A stretch of 64,000 bases of DNA from Octopus sinensis (GCF_006345805.1 NW_021835464.1:6290-70289); one strand, 5' to 3'; counted from the first letter of the stretch, positions 41,526 to 54,700 are shown. A program made the numbers and translations. Notes: generated by a model not told the origin, from the letters alone.

Positions 41526-42640
41526 GAACAAGTCTTAAAGGAAATCTCTGTATGTAAAATTAATAACACAAACGCGAATTGACAATTGGATAAAGGAAGC
41601 GATGTCACGATAATACACAGAGATACATGGAAAAAAATCGGAAGACCTAAATTAAATGAAACTTCGAAATTTTTCCGTGCTGTTTCAGGAAAAAGCATTA
41701 CTTTTCAAGGGCGATTGATAAGGAATATTACATTTCATGAAAGCAATCTTAAAATCTAAAGTTTCTGTTTTAAATAATACACAAGCTTATTCGGAACTGA
41801 CTGGGTAGAATAATTTAACTTATGGGGCTTTTCCATAAATCTCTTCTGTAAAAAGGTTAATGGTTTTTCGTCCAGTATATATAAATCGTCAGGCGAATTG
41901 AAAAAAAATAATAAAGTTTTTTCTGAAGTTCTGTTCCATAAAATTAGTCTGTGTACCAAAACAAAAGTCGCTGGTTCAAATACAAGATAACGCTATACCG
42001 ACATTTAAGCAAGAACGAACTGCAAAGTTCGCCACAGCAGAACACATAAATTTTGAGTTAGAGACACTAGAAAAAATTGTTATGCAAAAGGTAGAATATA
42101 GTCAAGAGGTAGCACCAACTATGTACATTAAGAAACCGAATAATAAAATCACTGTGTTTGTTGATATTGGACAATTCATTGATAGAAATGGAGGTCAACC
42201 AGATCCGTCGAGGGCAGACGCAATAATGAATATTTCCCCTCCGACAAACATAGCGACCGTATAAGCATTTTTATGATTTAAATATTAATGCCAAATTTAT
42301 ATTGCAAATATTCATAAGCTGTGGTTTCCACTGAATAATCTCCTGAAAAAGATATGAAGTAGAATTGATCGTAAAATTGTCAAAAATTACAAACAAGTCT
42401 CAAAGGAAATTTGTGTATGTAAAATTAATAACACAAACGCGAATTGACAATTGGATAAAGGAAGCGATGTCACGATAATACACAGATACATGGAAAAAAA
42501 TTCGGGAGACCTAAATTAAATGAAACTTCGAAACTTTCCCGTGCTGTTTCAGGAAAAAGAATTACATTTTATGAAAGCAATTTTAAAATCTAAAGTTTCT
42601 GTTTTAAATAATACCACAAACTTATTCAGAGGTGGCTGGG
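41526..42640 (+). mobile_element. Ty3/gypsy pol relic (protease plus internally deleted RT) with a duplicated protease segment
   Basis: LDKGSDVTII..DTWKKIGRPKL occurs at ~41586 and again ~864 bp later. VEYSQEVAPTMYIKKPNNKITVFVD is fused to IGQFIDRNGGQPDPSRADAIMNISPPTN, followed by PLNNLLKK. Confidence 0.78.
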
Positions 42641-42841
42641 TTTCGAAAAACGGTTTCCAAGCGATTTATAACTGTGATGGTTTCTGTGTTTCCTTTTAAA
42701 TCGGTTTTAAATGCCGGCTAACCACAATGAATGTTTGTGATACCCGAGTTAGTTCCATGTTATATGACTCCGGTAATTATTCACGCTTCGTAAATCCGAA
42801 TGTCCTATTCGGGGCAGCATAGTTTCCGTAGAATAAGTAAT

Positions 42842-43155
42842 GGATCTTTTCGCTTTGACCGGCAGATTTTTAAAATAATTTCTTTGTAACTAAACATTTT
42901 TATAACACCACAAATAATTGTTGTTGGCAAAGATTCGGGGAAATTATATTCACCTCAATAGACGTCATTGACTGGTTGAAATTGCCGAAATGCAAGAAAT
43001 TAAACAACAAATAGCTTACAAACTACAGAATTTTTTCAAGAAACCCAAGAGAAAAAGATGTTTTATGTAACACATTCTAACAGTACACGAAGTTTAAAAG
43101 GGTTTGGTTACATAGAATTTATTTTAAAAATCTGCCGGTCAAAGCGAAAAGATTC
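42842..43155. mobile_element. 314-bp MITE with ~50-bp TIRs and an 8-bp TSD (TAAGTAAT), Merlin- or hAT-like
   Basis: The TIRs are ggatcttttcgctttgaccggcagatttttaaaataa and ttattttaaaaatctgccggtcaaagcgaaaagattc. taagtaat lies at 42834-42841 and 43156-43163. A related one-ended copy ends at ~41389. Confidence 0.85.
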
Positions 43156-43404
43156 TAAGTAATAATTATTAATGAGAGTTTCCCCATCTATAATTTTATT
43201 AAACATTTACATTACCTGCAGCATTCTTTTGGGGATCCACACGCGTTTCATCTGCATCACTTCACTGTGCAGTTGAAGCATTTGAAACGCGCGTAGCTCC
43301 ACGAAAGTGTGCTATATATAGCTGTACATAGCTGTTTAATAAAATTGTAGATGTAGAAAATCTCCTTTCCCCCTGAACATTTCATATATATGTGTGTATG
43401 TGTG

Positions 43405-43446
<42 letters not shown>

Positions 43447-43495
43447 ATATATATATAATATATATATATATATTCACACATTCACATATATATTT

Positions 43496-43544
<49 letters not shown>

Positions 43545-43590
43545 TATGTATGTATATATATATTCACACATGCACATATATATATATATA

Positions 43591-43623
<33 letters not shown>

Positions 43624-43653
43624 TTATATATATATATATATATATATATATAA

Positions 43654-43693
<40 letters not shown>

Positions 43694-43718
43694 TATATAT
43701 ATATGCGTGTATGTATAT

Positions 43719-44115
43719 GTAGCTTGCTTACGAACCACATGGTTCCGGGTTCAGTCCCACTACGTGGTACCTTGGGCAAGTGTCTTCTACTATAGCCTCG
43801 GCTGACCAAAGCCTTGTGAGTGGATTTGGTAGGCGGAAACTGAAAGAAGGCCGTCATATATATGTATATATATGTATCTGTTTGTGTGTATTTTGTGTGT
43901 ATGTGTTTGTGTGTCTGTGTTTGTCCCTCACCATCGCTTGACAACCTATGCTGGTGTGTTCACGTCCCCGTAAGTTAGCGGTTCGGCAAAAAAAGCGACC
44001 GATAAAATAAGTACTAGGCTTACAAAGAATAAGTCCTGGGGTCGATTTGATCGACTAAAGGTGGTGCTCCAGCATGGCCGCAGTCACATGACTGAAAGAC
44101 GTAAAAGAGTAAAAG

Positions 44116-44116
<1 letters not shown>
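43719..44116 (+). mobile_element. SINE family A, slightly 5'-clipped
   Basis: Consensus match. Confidence 0.88.
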
Positions 44117-44176
<60 letters not shown>

Positions 44177-45044
44177 ATCACGTGACCGACTAGACCATCA
44201 GATGTTGCTACACATCGCTGGTCACAATGCGTTCGCATTGTTTTAGTCTTCGAACGACGCCACCCCGTTAGCTAAGACAGCAGGCCATATATATATATAT
44301 ATATATATACAAACACACACTCATATATATACATTTATACATATGTATATGTATATATGTATATATGAGTGTCTGTGTCTATATAATTATGTATGTATAT
44401 AGATGATGGTGTATGTATATTAATAGAACAATCAGAAAATGAAACTAATTATCAGTGTCATGACCACTTCGAACAATAAATCTACAGGTGATTGCGAACA
44501 AAACACACCTGCGTGTATGCAACCGCTCCCCCCCAACACACACGCACGCATACACACACACACACACACACACACACAAATACACATACACTGACACACG
44601 CACAAAGAAAGCGACTTTCTTCCGTGAGCATTATGTCGTACGAAACATAATATTCATCACAAGAGTTAAATATATTTCAGACAAATCTACATCTTATATT
44701 TTCCGTCTCCTCAAACTATTTTCCCTGTTTTATCATAATTTATCAAGTGACACCTTTTAAGTCTTTGATCTGTAGCGGTTCCCTTTTGATGTTTGTACCA
44801 GTTTTTTTCTTTCCTTTTTTTTTTTCTTTTTTTGGAAGAGGTGCTTATTTGGTTTCATTTTTAAGACATTGTAGTAATTCTCGTTATCGAACTGGCGAGA
44901 TTGTTGAATAAAGAAGACTGGAAATGATTGGCAGTACATAAACTCCACTCTTCAAAGAACGAAGCTATGTTATCCGTCATTGGTTGCCTCAGTCGTGAAC
45001 CTTGCTCATCAGGAGACTGCCATGTTTAAACACAATTTTTTGCC

Positions 45045-45091
45045 GGGGTCGGTTGTCAAGCAACATTAGGGCCACACACACAAACATATAC

Positions 45092-45144
<53 letters not shown>

Positions 45145-45979
45145 CGACGAGCTTCTTTCAGTTTCCGTCTACCAAATCCACTAACAAGGCTTTGGTCGAC
45201 CCGAGGCTAGTAGAAGACACTTGCTCATAGTGCCACGCAGTGGGACTGAACCCAGAAACATGTGGTTGGTAAGCAAGCTACTTATCACACAGCCACTCCT
45301 ACGCCTGTATATATATGTATGTGTGTGTGTGTATGTGTGTGTGTGTTTGCGTGTCTGTGTGCGTCCTTCTAACATCGCTTGACAACCGATGGTGGTGTGT
45401 TTAAGACCCCGTAACTTAGTGGTTTGGCAAAAACCGATAGAATAAGTATTAGGCTTACAAAGAATAAGTCCTGGGGTCGATTTGCCCCCGATTAATGGCA
45501 GTACTCCAACATGGCCACAGTCAAATGAGTGAAACAAGTAAAAGAGTAAAGAGCAATATATGTATATATATATATATAGGCGCAGGAGTGGCTGTGTGGT
45601 AAGTAGCTTGTTTACCAACCACATGGTTTCGGGTTCAGTCCCACTGCGTGGCACCTTGGGCAAGTGTCTTCTACTATAGCCATGGGCCGACCAAAGCCTT
45701 GTGAGTGGAATTGGTAGACAGAAACTGAAAGAAGCCCGCCGTATATATGTATATATGCGTGTGTGTGTTTGTGTGTTTGTGTTTGCCCCCCTAGCATTGC
45801 TTGACAACCGATGCTGGTGTGTTTATCCCCCCGTTACTTAGTTGTTCGGCAAAATAGACCCATAGAATAAGTACTGGGCTTACAAAAATAATAAGTCCCG
45901 GGGCCGAGTTGCTCGATTAAAGGCGGTGCTCCAGCATGGCCGCAGTCAAATGACTGAAACAAGTAAAAGAGTAAAAGAG
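45045..45979. mobile_element. SINE family A cluster: 5' half (-), 3' half (+), full copy (+)
   Basis: 45045-45307 is on the minus strand, 45308-45557 on plus and 45578-45979 on plus. Confidence 0.85.
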
Positions 45980-46482
45980 TATATATATATATATATATAT
46001 ATACGCAGACTAATCCATACATACAACCACCTTTCATCCATTCGTCCAGCTGTCGAGCCAGCCTTCCCGTTATCCATACTTATATACAGTGAAAGACAAA
46101 ACAAAATTCATGTGTATCCCACGCCATCGTCACTCCAGTCCTCGAGTCAACGTACGAATATACCGAATAATGAAAGGCTAAAATGAGGAAGAACTGGGAA
46201 TTGGAGGAGGTGGGCAAGAATGACCTGATAAGTAGAGAGAAACGATGATTAGAGGCGGTGCAGGTGAAAGGAATGGAGTAGGAGTTGAAGGAGATGTGGT
46301 GATGGTGTAGCAAACAGAAGGAGGAATAGGAAGAGGAACGTAACTATTGAATTTTCTAATTATTTTCATTTCTAGATTTATATAATACAATTACAGAAGA
46401 ACTTACGTTGATTGATTTTATCGATCATATATCAGTACTATACATACACTTAGATGCGTACACACAAACATATCTATCTATC

Positions 46483-46514
<32 letters not shown>

Positions 46515-46629
46515 CAGACATACGTACTAAGAGATGCAAATAGATGAATGGATGGATATAATGTGTGGATGTCTTTGTGTGAGTTTCTCATATGTGTATG
46601 CATGTATGATATAGATTCTACCTAACTAC

Positions 46630-46684
<55 letters not shown>

Positions 46685-47440
46685 GATATATATATATATA
46701 TATACATGTATATATATATTATATGTGTGTGTGTGTATATATATATGTATGTATGCATATATATATATGTATGTATATATAGATATATTATGTATGTTTA
46801 TATGCATTTATGTTATGTATTATATATTTGTGTATGTATATACTAGTATATAAATACATATAACTTCTGTTCTTCTTTAACTTCTACTGCTGTTTGACCA
46901 ATATGGCTACCTGATCTACTAAACGGTCGTGAAACCTGAAAAATCTGAAGTAACGACGCACGGTCATAACACGAATAAATACAATTATACTCTTTATTAC
47001 GTACTGCGTACCATATCTAGATGTACAGATATACGAAAACATACACACACATATCTATATGGTCTTTACCATTTCATCGTTGTCTGGGTTATATCTGGTT
47101 TCTGCTGTGCGCATGATGGCCTGATGATAGCTATCTCAAATTACTGAGACAGTTTGCCGTGACAAGCATGGTAAAAAGACCAGTACTCTTTGGGCTGTAG
47201 GTTTTCTCATAAAATGTCGGCACTCAGCCGAAGGCTTCGTCAAAATTAACGAGAGCTTCCTCTAACCAGCAAATGACTATTTGATACAGAAATGGGTCCC
47301 TGACGGTTGTTAAGATTTCGGATCAGAACTGACCTGGGAATATTGCTAATTAGGGATTACGGCGACCCCTTGTATGTATATATACATACCTCACATAGAT
47401 AGATATAGGGAGATTTAAATATATACATGTGCGTGCGTAT

Positions 47441-47523
<83 letters not shown>

Positions 47524-47941
47524 GTATATATAATTAAACCACGGTTGTGGTTGAATATATTCTTAAGTCCACAACTACGTCAATCGCAGCATCTTCCAAA
47601 CTTCACCACTTATTTAGGTCTCAAATAAATTGCAAACTGTTTTAAATAGTTTTACAGAGGACACCTCCTCAGCTACACTTTGGCATAAAGAGTTTGAGAT
47701 TTTGTTCAGTAGAAAAAAAGTTACATCGAAATACCTGCTACCTCAAGGAGGGCAGTAAGGCAGATATTCATTTTCAATTAACATATACTTGTTAATTTTA
47801 AACTAAAAGTATGCTTTTTTTTAGGCTTAAATGATAGAAAAATGCACGAGGAATTCATAATTGTTAGTCGCATTGAACAAAAATTAGTAGAAAATCTGTT
47901 ATGAGGTAAAACGTTACGAAATTTAATGTTAGTAAGTAAGT

Positions 47942-49859
47942 AAGGGAGTAACGCTTAAGCAATAAGGATAAATAATTTATTTCTAAAATGAATACTTACA
48001 TCCTAAAGCAGTTATCTGGCAGAGACGTTAACGCGCCGGGCGAAATACTTAGGGGTATTTTAAATTTCGCTGATGTCGACTTTGACGTACATATATTTTA
48101 ATTATTTTTTTATTTTAACTAAACCCTTTCAAACTTCCCATACTGCTAGAATATGTCACATAGAACTGGATTTACTCTTAACGATTTTGACAAAATTTTG
48201 TATATTAAAAGCGGTATTTCGTCTGTCTTTAGGTTCTGAGTTCAAATCCCGCCGAGGTCGACTTTATCTTTCATCCATTTCGGATCTACTCAATTCGATG
48301 TTTTTGACAAAATTTTGTATTTTAGAAGCGGTATTTCGTCTGTCTTTAGGTTCTGAGTTCAAATCCCGCCGAGGTCGACTTTATCTTTCATCCATTTCGG
48401 ATCTACTCAATTCGATGTTTTTGACAAAATTTTGTATTTTAGAAGTTATTTCGACGGAAATTAGAGAGTGACAATGGACAAATCCGTGTTTGATAAGTGC
48501 CAATAGACGAAAATCTCAGCTTTTGACTTACTTTCTAACTTCTGCCGGTGATGTATAAACACATATCACCTATATGTGCAAAAAATCTTATCACGCAATC
48601 AAAGCAATGAAAGAGCCTCTAACTGGTCGCTCAACACGCTAAAAATAGCAGTCAACGTATCCCCCTACCTAAATCACACGCCCATTGTATGAAATGGCCT
48701 ACATTATCCCTAAAAAGACGGTTTGCTGAAGGCTAGAATGTCTTTGATGATAGGTTTGCAGTATCAGGTTTGATTTGAGGCTACATAGCAACATTATGGT
48801 AATACACGCACGATTTTCACTAAGAAAATAAAGAATTTGATTTTTTTGTGTGGAATGAAGTACCCTGACCTCATTATATGTTGCAAATCCCCTTATTTTG
48901 GCCCGAAAACATGTAGTGGTGTGTTCTCCACCAATCCCGGAAGATATTTTCCGTTGAATGAATTTATGTGACCTCCTAGTATTGCAAAATTTGGTTACTT
49001 AACGTAACTGATGGTTTTGTAGTGTTGTTGTGTGTAACTTCTCGTGAGCCCTGGTGCAACCAACAACATGGTAAAATTCCCTGCCATTAATTTGGTGTGG
49101 ATGGGTAATATTAAATAATTCAATTATAACATATATTTAAATTAAACATGAAGAAAACTGAAATATTATTATCACTTACATGGAAAAATTGAAATATTAT
49201 CTTTCAGTAGTTTATAAGGTAAAATCTTGAATTATTAATTGACACATTAGGTAGGGGGATACGTTGACTGCTATTTTTAGCGTGTTGAGCGACCAGTTAG
49301 AGGCTCTTTCATTGCTTTGATTGCGTGATAAGATTTTTTGCACATATATGGAGTATGTGTTTATACATCACCGGCAGAAGTTAGAAAGTAAGTCAAAAGC
49401 TGAGATTTTCGTCTATTGGCACTTATCAAACACGGATTTGTCCATTGTCACTCTCTAATTTCCGTCGAAATAACTTCTAAAATACAAAATTTTGTCAAAA
49501 ACATCGAATTGAGTAGATCCGAAATGGATGAAAGATAAAGTCGACCTCGGCGGAATTTGAACTCAGAACCTAAAGACAGACAAAATACCGCTTTTAATAT
49601 ACAAAATTTTGTCAAAATCGTTAAGAGTAAATCCAGTTCTATGTGACATATTCTAGCAGAATGGGAAGTTTGAATGTGTTTAGTTTAAATAAAAAATAAT
49701 CAAAATATTTGTACGTCAAAGTCGATATCAGCGAAATTTGAAATACCCCTACGTATTTCGCCCGGCGCGTTAACGCCTCTGCCAGATCACCGCTTTAGGA
49801 TGTAAGTGTTCATTTTAGAAATAAATTCTTTATCCTTATTGCTTAAGCGTTACTCCCTT
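47942..49859. repeat. Long inverted duplication with arms 47942-48672 and 49247-49859 and a ~575-bp spacer
   Basis: Aligned base by base by eye. The left arm has an extra 117-bp tandem unit. Both arms contain decayed SINE B pieces. Confidence 0.95.
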
Positions 49860-49892
49860 GTCATAAAACAGCAATGTCTGGAAAAATCATGG

Positions 49893-50416
49893 ATTACATG
49901 GAAAAATGCGAGCATAAAAAGTCATATTCTTAAGATTATAAACCTGGAAAACTACAGGAAAACTTATTACACCTGTAAAAGAATAGGACAATCTATTACT
50001 TCTAGTAAATTAAAGAATGAGAAACTTCTTTACTTAAAATTTAGCAGCTAAAACTGAAATTTGAATATTAAAACTTATTTTACTTTAGTTTACAAATAAC
50101 ACGATACTTATTTAAGTAGAATTTGGCTAATTTATTACCTTAAATACAGAAAAAGTGACTAATTAGACAAACTTACAAATTAGCTGAACAGTTTTGTACA
50201 ATAAAATTACAAGATCAGAAGTGTAAGAAGTGATAAATTAGAAGAACTGGCATTCTTTGCTGCAATATTCTAAGTAAAAAGTTTCTTTTTTTTTTTTACT
50301 TTACTAGAAGTAATAGCTTGTTCTATACTTTTACAGGTGTAGTAACTTGTCAAGTACTTTTCCAGATTTATAATCTTAAGAATATTACTTTTCATGCTCG
50401 CAGTTTTCCATGTAAT
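49893..50416. mobile_element. MITE-like element with ~155-bp imperfect TIRs
   Basis: 49893-50048 matches the reverse complement of 50259-50416. The ends attacatggaaaa and ttttccatgtaat suggest a possible TA TSD. Confidence 0.6.
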
Positions 50417-50782
50417 TAATGCTTACATTGATATGAGCGTATGGATGAGTGCTTTGTGTGTGTGTTTGTGTGTGAGTAAGTGTATGCGTTTGTGTATGTG
50501 TGTGTGTGTTTATCTGTGTATGTGTCAATTAATATCAGAACCCATAAGCAATCTCCATGGTTAAATTTCCGCACGGTTTGTTCGAACCAGAGTACACGCC
50601 CTCGTGAAGCAAACATCTTTACTCCACTGCCACGATGGCATCGCATGCGCACACCTGCAGGTATATACGTATTCACATACGAGTGTGTATGTGTGGGTGA
50701 ATGCAAGTATTTGTATATAAACGACATATGATATGAGTAGACAGACGCGTATATATGCTCAAATCAACACGTACGTATACGC

Positions 50783-50819
<37 letters not shown>

Positions 50820-51429
50820 TAAACATGCACATAAATATATATATGCTTATATAAAACATGTTTATATATGTGTGTGTGTGTATAGATATATATATATATA
50901 TATATGTACTTATATACACACATATAGATATATTTTTGTATAAAAGCATATATGCATATATATGTATACATATATACACGTATATACCTCTGGATTGCTC
51001 TGACGTTTATACACGTTAATGATTTTCACTGAGACTAAATGTGTTCGTTCCTTGTATGGTTTCTCCTATGATTGCGAGGAATCCTACAAAATGGCCAAGC
51101 AATTACAGCAGTTCAAATGGTTGGGGCAGTGGAGGTGATGACTGACTGACGTTGTATTTAACCTCAACTAAGTATCTCCGTATATGTGTGTATGTACAAA
51201 TACATGTATGTATGCATGTAATTATATACGTATGCATATACACACAAAGAGAGAAAGAGACAGGCAGACAAATCTAGATAGATAGATAGATATTTAGATA
51301 CGTACATTGATAGACAGGCATATACATAGACACATTGAGAGAGAAACAGGTAGATAGACAATTAGATGGCTATATGGATATATATATATATTCTTATAAG
51401 TATATATATATATTATATATACACATATA

Positions 51430-51481
<52 letters not shown>

Positions 51482-51484
51482 AGC

Positions 51485-51515
<31 letters not shown>

Positions 51516-51673
51516 TACATACATATATATATATATAATAATATATTTATACAGATATACCCTTAGAGATATAATTATCATATATACGTATACGTAACTA
51601 CATGTCTATACTCTCTCTCCCTTCCTCTTCTCTCTCTCTCTGTATGCATACATATATATACATATATATTGTG

Positions 51674-51727
<54 letters not shown>

Positions 51728-51785
51728 TATATATATATTCTCTCTCATAGTTGTGTGTATATATATAAATATATATATACACCAC

Positions 51786-51824
<39 letters not shown>

Positions 51825-52357
51825 TGCATACAACACTGTAGCTATTCTTGTCTTCTTAACTGCAAGACCTTTTCAAATAAAAGATAGAAAATAGATTTCT
51901 CCTGACGAAATACAGATTTAATCTATTACGATTATTATTAACCTGAAATTTCAGAATCTTAAATTCACATAATGCTTCGCTTGTATTTACATTATTTCCA
52001 TGGCTGAAACATTTAAGGTAACATTTATAATAATTCAAAAGGAAAACACGGGAAAAATTCGTAAATTTTTCAAATTATGTGCTATATGCAGTTGGTATGC
52101 TTTCCAAGCACCGGGTTTTCGGTTCAATTCTGCTAAGAGCCAATTTAGTTACGGGTTTAGTTCTATAGATTCTGGCCCTTAAAAAACATTGTCCTTTTGC
52201 TGGATGGAGATAGGAATTGGTTCTCTCTATATGACTGAATGAATGAGTGCATGCAAGTATGCATGTATATGTGTGCATATATGTATGTGTGTATGTACAT
52301 GTGTAAGAATATGTGTAAACATATATATAGATATAGATATTTATATATAGATATATA

Positions 52358-52585
52358 GCGGCGAGCTGGCAGAAACGTTAGCGCGCCGGGCGAAATCCTT
52401 AGCAGTATTTCGTCTGTCGTTACGTTCTGAGTTCAAATTCAGCCGAAGTCGACTTTGCCTTTCATCCTTTCGTGTCGATAAATAAAGTACCAGTTTCGCA
52501 CTGGCGTCGATGTAATCGACTTAACCTCTTTGTCTGTCCTTGTTTCTCCCCTCTATGTTTGTCCCCTGCTGGGCAGTAAAGAAAT
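52358..52585 (+). mobile_element. SINE family B, full length
   Basis: Near-identical in structure to 6843-7074. Confidence 0.88.
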
Positions 52586-52680
52586 ATATATGTGTGCGCG
52601 TGTGTGTATGAGTGTGTGTGACCGTTTCTGTGTCTGATTGAGTGTTTGTGTATCGCTCATTTTCTTGTATCACTCATACT

Positions 52681-52884
52681 TGAAAATACAGGTACAACAG
52701 AAACAGGAAGTAAGAGTGAGAGAAAGTTGTGGTGAAAGAGAACAGCAGGGATCACCACCATCCCCTGTCTTGGAGCTTTAGGTGTTTTCGCTCAATAAAC
52801 ACTCACAACGCCCGGTCTAGGAATCGAAACCGCGATCCTATGACCGCGAGTCCGCTGCCCTAACCACTGGGCCATTGCGCCTCC
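52681..52884 (-). mobile_element. SINE family C, 5' half
   Basis: Reverse complement of the first part of 14640-15024 (to ~14850). Confidence 0.88.
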
Positions 52885-53051
52885 CCATGAGATTCTTATG
52901 GGCGTGTAATCATTATATATACATCAGTATATTAAAAGTCACTTGCGCAAGGTGCCACACAGTAGGACTGAACCAGAATCCTTGTTGTTGGGAAGCAAGC
53001 TTCTTACCACATGGACACGCTGGCGCCTATAAATGCAGTTTTTTAAATTTT

Positions 53052-53263
53052 TTCTTGTATTTGTTTCAGGCATTTGACTGCGGCCATGATGGAGCACCTC
53101 TTTTAGTCGAGCAAATCGCTCACAGGATTTATTCTTTCTAAGCCTAGTACTTAATCTATCAATCTCTCTTGTCGAACCGTTAGGTGACTGGGACTTAAAC
53201 ACACCAGCATCGTTTGTCAAGCGATGTTGAGGGGTCAGACATAGACATACAAACACACACACG

Positions 53264-53305
<42 letters not shown>

Positions 53306-53475
53306 AATATATACGACAAGTTTCTTTCATTTCCGTCCACCAAATCCACCACAAGTATTTGGTCGACCCGAGGCTATAGTAATAGACAATTTCCGAAGGT
53401 GCTACGCAGTGGGATTGGGATTGAACCCGGAACGATGTGGTTGCTGAGAAAGCTACTTACCACACAGCCACTCCT
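53052..53475 (-). mobile_element. SINE family A, with a further head fragment at 52938-53028
   Basis: Consensus match, diverged. Confidence 0.8.
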
Positions 53476-53495
53476 ATACACACACACACACACAA

Positions 53496-53570
<75 letters not shown>

Positions 53571-53666
53571 CGGGAAGGTTTACGAAAATAAACAAAAGAA
53601 GAAGGCAGGTGGAGTATAAACAAACAAATGTATTAGTATGATGCTCAGGAATAGAGATAGAACAAG

Positions 53667-53704
53667 TCTTTTACGTTTCGAGCCTACGCTCTTCCTCAGA
53701 AAGA
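53667..53704 (-). ncRNA. Minimal type-I hammerhead ribozyme motif with intact core (family H4)
   Basis: TCTTT-CTGAGGA-A-GAG cgtagg CTC-GAAAC-GTA-AAAGA. It has a 5-bp stem I, 3-bp stem II and loopless palindromic stem III (ACGT). Confidence 0.75.
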
Positions 53705-53776
53705 TACACAGAAAAAACAAGGAGAGAAACAAGGAGAGAAAAAAATGTGTGTAGGAGCTAACGGTCTATCATGGCG

Positions 53777-53816
<40 letters not shown>

Positions 53817-53946
53817 GAAGTCTATGATGACAAAGTATCCTACCTGTTGTCATATAGTAACGATGCTAAAGCACGCAGCGTAAATTCCGCCTATAATAGT
53901 GCCTATAATTGAAAGAATTATTATTATTATTATTATTATTATTATT

Positions 53947-54594
53947 GTCATTTACTTTTAATCTGCATGTTTGATGCAATCACTTGCCGGGGCACACCCA
54001 GCGCCCTAGGGCAAGTGAAGGTTAAGAGTTGTTGAAATATAGCTGAAAGCTTGGGGAGGGGAAGTAGAGATATATCTCCATGTAATACAAACACAAACAT
54101 TTACATTTATAGGGTTTTTCTAAGGATGTGGGCAGTACTTGTTAGCACAATCTTTTGGATTTCCTTGAGACATGGTTCTCCAGGGATATTGCCTAGGTTT
54201 TTCTGACATCCCTTTTTTATCATACCTAGTGCACCTACAATAACAGGAACAGTTTTTGTTTTAAGATTCCACATCTATTGTATTTCGATTTCCAGGTCCT
54301 AATATTTGTCAAATTCCTTTACAGATACATTTTTATCAGTGGGGATGCTTACCTCTATTAGTCTTCAGGTATTTTCTTCCCTGTCTTTAACAATTATGTC
54401 TGGTCGATTAGCCTTGATCGTTCTGTCAGTGTTGACTGGAAAATCCCAGAGGATGGTGACATCTTTACCTTCAACAACTGGCTGAGGATGGTGTTCATAC
54501 CAGTTAGCAGGAGTGTCGAATTTGTAGTGTTTACATATCTTCCAATGTATATACTGTCCTACCCTATCGTGGCGATTTTTGTATTCGTTTGGTG

Positions 54595-54596
<2 letters not shown>
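53947..54596 (-). mobile_element. 5'-truncated Dong/R4-clade LINE (restriction-like endonuclease domain) inside (TAA)n
   Basis: EYKNRHDRVGQYIHWKIC..WYEH..ILWDF..NRPDIIV..LIEVSIP..DLEIEI..GALG..TAHILRKTL*, with stops. (TAA)n lies at both ends. Confidence 0.9.
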
Positions 54597-54659
<63 letters not shown>

Positions 54660-54700
54660 ATTATTATTATTGTTATTATTATTATTATTATTATTATTAA

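Noticed and set aside
43220-43300. Inverted acgcgtttca/tgaaacgcgc pair resembling two further hammerheads
   Set aside because: The CUGANGA core and stems could not be folded convincingly. The same applies to weak candidates near 3875, 16330, 18400 and 30285.
46913-46936. Possible ~25-bp minus-strand micro-exon
   Set aside because: The donor gtagcc is poor and the acceptor tract is short.
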